Source: Octopus sinensis
Taxonomy: Eukaryota
Assembly (NCBI RefSeq): GCF_006345805.1
Contig: NC_043006.1
Location: 9,424,001-9,488,000 of the forward strand
DNA length: 64,000 nucleotides
Direction of reading: 5' to 3'
Shown here: piece after piece, positions 54,254 to 64,000 of the stretch
Layout: the number at the start of each line of letters is the position of its first letter
Numbering within the stretch: position 1 is the stretch's first letter
Notes under the pieces: generated by a model
Databases searched by the model: none
Seen by the model: the letters and a program-made list of their open reading frames with translations, nothing else
What the model was told of the DNA's origin: nothing
Position numbers and translations under genes: made by a program

Positions 54254-54322
<69 letters not shown>
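53998..54322. repeat. Compound (TA)n/(ATCT)n/(CT)n microsatellite
   Basis: Direct. Confidence 0.9.
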
Positions 54323-56158
54323 GATATATTTTCATTTACTTGTCACATATATGTGGAAGGAAATATCATCCAGATCGAATATATATATCAAAGATGTAAT
54401 GGAAAAATAGTATGGTATAAAAGCCATAGGATTCTTACCTGAGATGAGACGCTAGGCACACTAGAAAATGTGACAAGGATTATAGAAAACATTTCTGAGA
54501 TTCTCTTTATGCTCCTCACAGATAATGCTTATGTTTGGATTGAAATTTAGAATAAACTCCAGTTATTCAAATACTTTAAACATCGATGAAGAATGTATAT
54601 AGAACATTTACTAAGTTATCAGTTATAAAAAGGAAGTCTGCACCGTTACGTACTGTTATATATTACAACACGTTATAATTTATACCTGTAAGTTATGTAC
54701 AACTGTTTCTAGATATTTTACTATTATTCTCTCAAAAATTATAACATAATAATTTAGTGAAACGAGCAATAATTCACTTAATATAAATTGCTTCTATATT
54801 CCGTGTGATTCACTGTATATAATTGTTTCAAGTATTCTTCTTGTTGTTCTCAATAATATGTTGTTGTTCTGTAAATAAGCAAACAAATCAATATGGAATG
54901 GTTTTTGGTATTCTTAATGTGCTGCACAATGATGGAGCGTAAACACACTAAAAATCAATATAAATTGTTTTACATAATGTTCATGAGGTTCCAGATTGTG
55001 TCGTCACTCTGTAAAAACAGAACGATATCTTCTTTGACCTCTGCAGAAGATTGCTCTATTTCAAAGAAAACGTAAATTACGTCTGCGATATCTTGGTGAC
55101 ATTATTCATTGGAGGGAAAACGTAGCAAAGTTTCTTCCTGTCACTCGGATGCCAGTGTGTTATAAATCATTGCATTCGATGTAGCCTTTCATTCAAATAG
55201 GAGGTTTCTAGATTACCAATGAAAGTATGGAATTCTTTCGATGGCCATGTTGAAACGAATCTAATTTAGAATTTCAAGCAGATAGCGCGAAAAATACGAC
55301 AAAAGTACCCTTCTTTTTAAGAAATAAATAAATAATGGCTACATATATATTCCAACGGTATTTGTATAACTTATTTAATTTGTCATATTTGAGTAACTAA
55401 AATGTGAATCAGGTGATGCTACATTATTTGCTTAGAAATATTGACATAAATACTACCAAATTTGCTCGTATCTGTGAAACATTTAAATCTCTAGTACTCG
55501 TTATAAACGTGGATATAATTCTGCTTAAAGAATATGATCAAATCAATGAAGTACCGTGTCTAGAAAATTTTTGATGATTTCATCAATAACAGTTAAGCTA
55601 AATTTTATAACAAAATATATACACTAAAATATACATGATGTATTCATAATAAAATTGCTTCACCTTTGCATTGATGCAGTGATGTTTGTATACTAGAGGA
55701 TTGGCACATTATTCATCTGAAATTTAGCAACAGCTAGAGAAGCATGGACGTTGTAAGTTACTATGATAGAAATTGCAGCTAAGTTGTCTGCAAATTACAA
55801 CATGCTACATTAAAATTGGAAAGCTACAATACAAAATATAGTCGTTACATGTACTTTGTATCATTGTCATTATCGTAAGCATGTGAAAAGGAGAAATTAT
55901 TAGCGAAATGGACACAGCATAATGTGAAATAAATGGTGATGTAAATTAAAAGCTGCTGACCTTTTTAGTTTTCAGTGATTGTAATTGGGTGAGCAATAAA
56001 ATTTGACGTTGCTCACATCCTGTCAACTCAAGTATGGATAGATAATGAAGTATCAAATATACAAAATAACATACTTGCTGCAGTAGATTTTTCTTTTACC
56101 ACAACACAGCTGTGGAAATTAAGGTTAAAAAAACCTATACATTATAGTATATATATAT

Positions 56159-56192
<34 letters not shown>

Positions 56193-56379
56193 TGCATGTA
56201 TACACGAACACACAAGCACATACATACATATATAATTGCATATACACTTATGTCTTACCCGGCATGCTAATCAATTAAGCAAACTGGATGTATATGCAAA
56301 TGCTATAGTACAATAATTAACTACCTCTTGCGTATTGAAGATATAAAATTCTATGATGCAAAAGACAAACATCTCAAAA

Positions 56380-57000
56380 TTTTTCTACAGATAGTGCATG
56401 GACTTTTCCGAACTTTGACTTACAGAAACGTTCCAAAGCAAACTTGAAAAGAGGAAAACTGGTTAAAAGAAATATCTCATTTAAACCAAGGAACATTGGT
56501 AGAAATAGCCGCAAAACATGAGACAAAATATTTTCTGTCTTCAAGGAAGCAGAAAAAGAAAAAAAAGAAATGGTAACACCTGACAACTATGAAGAAAAAG
56601 AACAAACTAGATTTTAAAAATGAAATAACAGTATTAGACCAAATACAGTCATACAAATACTTCACTGGACTAGATATTCTGCAACACACTCTGATGAAAG
56701 GAAGGTTAAAGAAGGCTTTCTATAGACGAGTTATATTAATGCTTAAAACCAAGCTCAATGGAAAGAAAAAGTTACTAGGTATGAATCATCAAAGAAGCTG
56801 AAAAATAGAGAGAAGGAGATGGTAACACCCGACAACTAACACGAAAAAGAACAAATAACAAAAACTTTAATTCAATCTGAGATAAAACTGGTAATACGAA
56901 ATAATGTGTTAAACCAATGCAAGAAAATTCCTTACATAGCAAAGAGTGGGAAAAGCTAATTAAAAAAGAAATATCTCAAAACTGGGTGAGTAGTTGCAAA
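56380..57000 (+). mobile_element. Scrambled R4/Dong-like RT-region fragments
   Basis: EITVLDQIQSYKYFTG...LMKGRLKKAFYRRVILMLKTKLNGK resembles the YKYLG/thumb region. Duplicated segments include GGTAACACC.GACAACTA (x2). Confidence 0.5.
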
Positions 57001-57190
57001 CTCAAAACAGAAAGTCAAATTTTTTTTTGTATTGTGACAGAAGATCCCTCTCCAACAGGACCTGCCAAAAACACATAATGGAGTAAAATAAAATAACTAC
57101 AGAATATGTCGTGAAGTGCAGGCTATGCAAGAATATATCCACAGACATGGTACAGGACACACACATACACACACACACACACACACACTC

Positions 57191-57222
<32 letters not shown>

Positions 57223-57774
57223 GAAGAAGGAAAGAATTACTTCACAGATAATTCTAAACCGTTCAATTTTTTAATCATGTAATTTACAGTTTGATTTGTA
57301 GAGCTAGTAAGTTCTTTGTTAACTACGGTGGTGGTAGTTAACAAACTGACCGCGAGCTGAGTTGTGCTCTGTAATATTATGTATGGGACATTTGGTTGTA
57401 TCATGGGAGGGGTTGAGAATTTTGTTTTTAAGAGAAGGGTTCTTGATGAACAAGAGTTATAAGAAAATAGTGTACATTAAAAAGAAGATAATTAATTGAG
57501 AGAGAAGTTGGAGGGCGGTGGGGGTGTTTAAGAAGTGCTTTATGAAGGGCGTGTTACCCCCCCCCCTTGCAGGTTCCATTTGAATAGTTGACCTTTGGTG
57601 AAAAATATTATGCTCAGTTGTTTTTCCAGTTCTTTTCTTACGGCAGGCGAAATAGTGCCATGCATTTCGTCCAGCGTGCTAAAGATTCCATCCGCTCGTT
57701 GTCTAATAATAATAATAATAATAATATTAATAATAATATAATAATAATAATAATATAATAATAATAATAATAAT

Positions 57775-58770
57775 TTAACGAAGCAGTATTTAAGGAAGCT
57801 GACAAATACAAACAAGAAATCATACCACCTAATAAATATAAAGAAGAGAAGAAGAAAAAGATAAAGAAACAACAAAAGCTATAAAACAAATGAAATGCAA
57901 ACTAAAAAGAGAACAGCAACGAACCATGATAAAACGATGGCAAGAAAAGCCCCTTCATGGTAAATACTGGATTAAACAAAACGCAAAAGAAATAGACAAA
58001 GAAAAATCCCAGCAATGGTTGAGAAGCTCAGGACTCAAAGCAGAGACAGAGGGATTTTTAATTGCAGCACAAGACCAAAGCCTCCCCACCAGAAATTACC
58101 AAAAACATGTACTGAAAAGAAATATAACAAGTAACTGCAGACTATGTGGAGATGGACAAGAAACAATAAATAATATTATCTCTGGCTGCCCAGTCCTGGC
58201 TAAGAAGGAATATATTCACAGACATGACAGTGTTGGAACCTACATTCACTGGAAACTATGCCAACATTATGGAATAACAACAGAAAAAAGATGGTATAGG
58301 CACACACCAGAAAAGGTCACAGAAAACGAGAAAGCAACCATACTCTGGAATATGCCGATACACACAGATAATTAAGGCCAACAGACCAGATATAATTGTC
58401 AGAGATCATGAAACTGCTTTCTAATTGATGTATCAATACCGGCAGAGGACAACGTGTCCCTAAAAGAAATGGAGAAACTTTCAAAATACAAAGACCTGGA
58501 AATAGAGGTAACTAGAATGTGGAATCTAAAAACAGAAACAATTCCTATCATAGTAGTTGCATGAGGCAAGATAAAAAAATATTCAGACAAATACATTACA
58601 AAAACACCAGGACTTACAAACACATATAACATACAGAAAATTGCACTACTAGGCATTGCACACATCCTACGCATAACCATCAGAGCATCACAACAAATCA
58701 CAGCACATACCCAAGGCACACAGAACTGCGCTTGGTAGTGAAGTGAAAGCACGCTATAAAAATAAAACTA

Positions 58771-58803
<33 letters not shown>
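57775..58803 (+). mobile_element. R4/Dong-clade LINE, 5'-truncated, with CCHC finger and restriction-like endonuclease
   Basis: WQEKPLHGKY, LKAETEGFLIAAQDQSL, CRLCGDGQETIN, RHDSVG, RPDII and IDVSIP.EDNV..KEMEKLSKYKDL. Has a few stops/frameshifts and an (AAT)n tail at 58774-58803. Confidence 0.85.
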
Positions 58804-58805
<2 letters not shown>

Positions 58806-59729
58806 TGATGATTATAACAATTTTCTGTTCAAATCTGTTCAACTAGCGATTGTATGGCGCGACCCAGCATAACTTGGTACAAGAAAAAGTAAGTTATATA
58901 GAAGAATGTAAATGCGAATACCGAATTCGCAAATCCGTATTAAAGTGATGCATCTGTAGATATCAATGCAATGTTTTTTCATATCCATTTCAGGTAATCT
59001 TATAATTCAATTGGGGAATTCAAGTAAATAAAGCAGTCCTTAGGAGACACACAAGTAAATATGCATGCCGGCGCCTGAGTGATAGTTTTATTGATTATCA
59101 GGCTAGTTAATATTGTGTGCTTTGAAGAACGGATGTAATTTCATAGAAAAAATAAATCATAGTATAGTAGATTTAATCTGAAATTATTTTTATTTCAACG
59201 TGATTGAGAAATGGATTTAAAAGCATTTTACGACTTAAGAATTCATTTTAATAAATTGGAAAGTAAATTATCGGCCGGATAAAGAATTTCCGCAACGTAA
59301 AGTAAAACGTTATACTTAGACAATATGCAAATTGCATGAAATTATTATAAGAAAATATTTTCCTACAATGTATTTATTTAAATATGTTTAATAATACAAC
59401 ATATGATAATCCTTAAAATTGACAAGCATTCATGTTATTTCGATTGTAAATATTTAACTGATGCCCACCAGACGCCAGGTCGTGCTTTCATCGTTACTTA
59501 AAGCACGGTCCAACATTGAATGGGACCAACTAAATAAACAATTTTTTTTTTCAATTCATTTTTGCTTTTAAGTTGAAAGATATAAATTTATGCAGAGAAT
59601 CGTTCTTTTCATATGTAAAGTTCTATAGATTTTCGTTTTAATAAAATAAAATAATTTCAATTATATTAAAGAAATAAAAGTGAATTATGTAGCAAATAAA
59701 TTGAAAATCCTAAATTCATTTCTTCACAT

Positions 59730-60093
59730 ACATTATATATATATATTATATATATATATATATATTCATATATATATATATTCATATATAAATATATATT
59801 CATATATATTATATATATATATATATACATATTATATATATATATATATGCATATACATATATATATATATACATAATATATATATATATACATACATAT
59901 ATATACATATACATATATATATATATATACATACATATATATATATACATATATATAATACATACATATATATATATACATACATATATATATACATATA
60001 TATATACATATACATATTATATATACATATACATATATATATATACATATTATATATACATATACATATATATATATATACATATATATATAC

Positions 60094-60152
<59 letters not shown>

Positions 60153-60200
60153 CATTATATATATATATATATGTATGTATGGATGTATGTATGTATATAT
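59730..60200. repeat. ~470-bp interrupted (TA)n/(TACA)n array
   Basis: Direct. Confidence 0.95.
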
Positions 60201-61649
60201 TGCTAGTCATGTAAAAGCCTATTCTTAAACAAATATTCGACTAATGTAGCAGCTTATACACAGTAACACATGTGCAAAGAGAGACGTTTGTATATAGTTT
60301 TAGCTGATTCGATATGGAATTAAACGTTAATTTTCAGCTCCAGCTACGACAGTTGAAACATACTGATTGATATGTTTACTCAAATTTTATGAAAGCTCGG
60401 ATCACCTGGAATGATTATCTTGATACAGGCTTGTGTTTGCCATTCTGCCGGCTCACAAATCTCTTTCATATTTGCATATCAATATTTCTCCGGATAATAC
60501 GATAGTTGAATTAGCGCGAAAGAATACCCATCAGCAATGTTTATATAATTAGACATGAATTTTCGTTCAATCTCCTGTAACTGTACCAGACTAATAGGCG
60601 GCAACTAACATTATTTGTCTATGGCAATGTATAGAAATGAATTCTTTTATGCATGATACAGAAATTAAATTTCAAAAATTTACAGATTTGTGGAAGGCCA
60701 AAAAAAATTATTCATGTTTCAAAGTAGCTGAATGGTTGTTGCGATGGAGAAAAGATGTTTTGGACATTAGTCATGTATATTCACGTTTGGAGAACATGTC
60801 TACCCAGATGTCCATGAGTAAAAAAAATTATTGCGCCGTATGACTGAAACCATGTGAACACTTATCTAGTAATTTTTCATAGGAACCTGGTTTTAGATAT
60901 TTTACTATATCAACATATCAGATAAATTACCTCAAAAATGTAGTCTAGTAATGCAAATATTTTGCGATGGCATGTATGATGTACGGAAAGATCAGTTGTA
61001 TATAAATAGATTGGTTCGTTTTTCATTTAGTGCAATCAAGTAGTATTTGCTACAATTCAAGGACAAATTTAATTTCTTCCGGCTATATTACACCATCGCC
61101 GTTTTGATGGAACACTGCACTGGTAAAGAGTGGTTCCGTCATTGACATTCCTGTCATCCTTTTTTCGCGAAGTGCGTTGCAAACTTCATTAACAATATAG
61201 TAATTGTTTTTTAATGGGAGCAGAGTGTGAAATGAGAACATCGGTCGCAACTTCCTTTAACAGCATGCTTCGCAAAGCGTGAAGACTCCTGCCTTAATAT
61301 TTTTACTTCGCTTCCTTTCGTAATTTAAGTAACTTAAATGTTACTTTATATATGAGAATCAAATTGCGTTATCCACTATGTAGGAACAGGGTTATATATA
61401 TATATATAGGTAATCTATATCACAATCAAAACAAATCTTAGTCCAGCAGTTTAGATAATGTTTTCCTCTTGCTAAACGAATCAACACCACACCACCGAAA
61501 ATATATTTGAAATGAAGATTTGAAATGGTAAGGGTATTGACCATCATACGATTTTACAGTTGTGCATCTGCTGTTTAAGACGATCAGGGGATTCATTAAG
61601 TTTTTACATTATTTACATCTGACGGATATTTGTTCTCATCTTGTTTGTT

Positions 61650-61695
61650 AACACAACGTTTCGGCTGATATACCCTCCAGCCTTCATCAGGTGTC
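61650..61695 (-). ncRNA. Minimal type I hammerhead ribozyme
   Basis: 46/46 identical to 42583-42628. Confidence 0.7.
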
Positions 61696-61760
61696 TTGGG
61701 AAAATTTCGAACTTGGGTTCTCATTCCTAAGGTATTTTTCGAAGTTACTATTACTATCGC

Positions 61761-61797
<37 letters not shown>

Positions 61798-62011
61798 CTC
61801 ACTTCCTGGAATCGAACTTGGATTCCTGGTGTTAGTAGCCCGTGCTCTTAACTCCTACACCATATACCTGTAGCGGTTAAGAGCGTGGGCTACCAGCCCC
61901 AAGATTCCAAGTTCGATACCAAGCAGTGACCTGAATAATAATAATTTTTATAATAATAATAACATCGAAAAATACCTTAGGAAGGAGAACTCAAGTTTGA
62001 AATTTCCCCAA

Positions 62012-62057
62012 GGCACCTGATGAAGGCTGGCGGGTATATCAACCAAAACGTTGTGCT
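62012..62057 (+). ncRNA. Degenerate hammerhead (G12A, stem II mismatch)
   Basis: GGCAC-CUGAUGA-A-GGCUGG..UCAACC-AAAA-CGUU-GUGCU. Five differences from the intact arm. Confidence 0.6.
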
Positions 62058-63086
62058 AATAACATCAATACGAGGAAAAATATCCGTCAAATGTAAATAA
62101 TATACATAACTCATCATCTCTTAAATATAGAACTGCATTATTTGTTAGCTTTACAACCACAAGGAACACATGTTAGATTGTATAGTTAATAGGTAAGCCA
62201 GACAGGGAGAAGTGATTTATCGAACATGAGTAGACAACCAATTTCAACTATTATTAATTCCCAATATTTAGAAATTTAGCTTTTAATGATAATCAACTGC
62301 TTTCCTTTCCCTATTTAGTATTTTTCGTTATGCTCTTAGTATCAAAATCTCATGCGATTTTTATTTTTGTTATCGCCTTAATATCAAAATCACATACGCA
62401 TTTTTTTTTTACCCTCTTAGTATCAAATCACATACGCTTTAAAATCTATATTTTACCAATATATTCTGTCTGCACGTCACGCCACGATAAATAGTGATTA
62501 ATTGGGATATCACAGTATTCCTACGAAAGAGCTGTCATCTACAATATACACACTTGAATACAGCCGAAATCTACGTCTGGCAGACGACTCTATAATAACT
62601 CTATAATGTCATTAACTTCATCCGTTGCATATGAACTTGGTCAAATTCGAACTAATAAGTTGATATGGAAATTGAACTCGTATTTACAACCAACGAAATA
62701 ATCGGCATTTCAGTGTTCTTGGAACACATATGAATAACCTGTACTATTGGTAATATTATGTAGTTCTCTGATATGCCAGTCACTGCTGTGTGTAAATATG
62801 TCGGTTAATGACTTGTCAAATGTTAATAACGTATGGGAAATGCTGATGTCTTATTGTTTGATAGACATTTGACTTAACTAAACCATGAAAATTGTGCTAA
62901 GCTAAAAATCAGTACCAAAAGTCTTACACATTCAGGTTTAATTTTTGACATCATACAATAAACACAGAAAAAAACTTGGTATTCCACGGGAGATAAATTT
63001 ATTTTATAGTTTTGGTGGTGATGATTTTTTATCATTACGAGTTATATGAGAAGCTTCAGGTAGATAAACGAGGAAGAATAAATGTT

Positions 63087-63497
63087 AGGAGCGGCTGTGT
63101 GGTAAGTAGCTTGTTTACCAACCACATGGTTCCGGGTTCAGTCCCACTGCGTGGCACCTTGGGCAACTGTCTTCTACTATAGCCTCGGGCCGACCAAAGC
63201 CTTGTGAGTGGATTTGGTAGACGGAAACTGAAAGAAGCCCGTCGTATATATGTACATATATATATATATATATGAGTGCGTGTGTTTGTGTGTCTGTGTT
63301 TGTCCCCTAGCATTGCTTGACAACCGATGCTGGTGTGTTTATGTCCCCGTTACTTAGCGGTTCGGCAAAAGAGACCGATAGAATAAGTACTGGGCTTACA
63401 AAAGAATAAGTCCCGGGGTCGATTTGCTCGATTAAAAGGCGGTGCTCCAGCATGGCCGCAGTCAAATGAATGAAACAAGTAAAAGAGTAAAAGAGTA
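63087..63497 (+). mobile_element. Family B SINE, near full length
   Basis: Colinear with 50083-50496. Confidence 0.9.
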
Positions 63498-64000
63498 TTC
63501 TACTGATGCATCATCTAGTCTTTATAACACTGTGGCACCTACCTTTCCAGATTAAGAACTTGCATCAGGTTGCTACGGCATTGACTCTCTAAACACCTTC
63601 AGTTTTTCTCTCCAGACAGCTTGAATTCTTAAACTTTGTCATTCTCAAGTCTTAAGTTACAGCGAGTGACTTCGAAGAGTTGCTGATGAAGTTTACTATA
63701 ATAAAATATGTTAGAAGCTTCCTCCTATATAAGCATAGAAAATAGAAACGAATTATATTTCGATTAACATTGTGCTGTCTTCAATAGTTGTATCTAGTTA
63801 GATTTTTACAGCCTTAAAGACCCATGCAATAAATAATTAGTGACTGTTAAGTAATAGCTTTTAACAATGTGTTAGTATTAATGGATTAATGACATAAGAG
63901 TTCGTGTCAACGTTAGTTCATTAAAAATCAACTAAAATAGTTAACAGTTGAGGAAAATTAGAGCATTACAGAAATACTTCTATAATTTTTATTTTTACTA

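Larger units (their letters stand above)
61615..62135. mobile_element. Palindromic element: two head-to-head tRNA-like heads, each followed by (AAT)n and a hammerhead
   Basis: Arms ~61615-61858 and ~61870-62100 are reverse complements. B-boxes lie at 61808-61819 (-) and 61909-61920 (+). Possible TSD CATTATTT (61607-61614, 62136-62143). Confidence 0.8.

Overview
AT-rich, repeat-saturated animal DNA. I found no host protein-coding exon, rRNA, true tRNA or CRISPR array, so this is intergenic or deep intronic sequence. The SINE families and very long (TA)n tracts look like an Octopus genome; that is recognition from memory, not a database result. Contents: about 15 tRNA-derived SINE copies from five head/body types; two non-autonomous Helitrons; mariner/Tc1 relics and MITEs; CR1-group, R4/Dong, L1/Tx1 and Penelope (GIY-YIG) retroelement fragments; and many microsatellites, which explain almost all poly-YI/CV ORFs in the supplied track. 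Two things stand out. (1) There are eight hammerhead-ribozyme (HHR) or HHR-like motifs from four unrelated small repeat families, all folded by hand. They include a palindromic element with two head-to-head tRNA-like promoters, each followed by (AAT)n and a minimal type I HHR (two loci, one with a clear 12-bp target-site duplication, TSD), and a 296-bp structured HHR element inserted into a mariner fossil with a 12-bp TSD. (2) A 2.2-kb TSD-flanked element encodes only a gag/ORF1-like zinc-knuckle protein, has no reverse transcriptase (RT), and sits inside the tRNA head of a SINE. Family names come from motif recognition, and fragment boundaries are approximate unless a TSD or terminal inverted repeat (TIR) is quoted.
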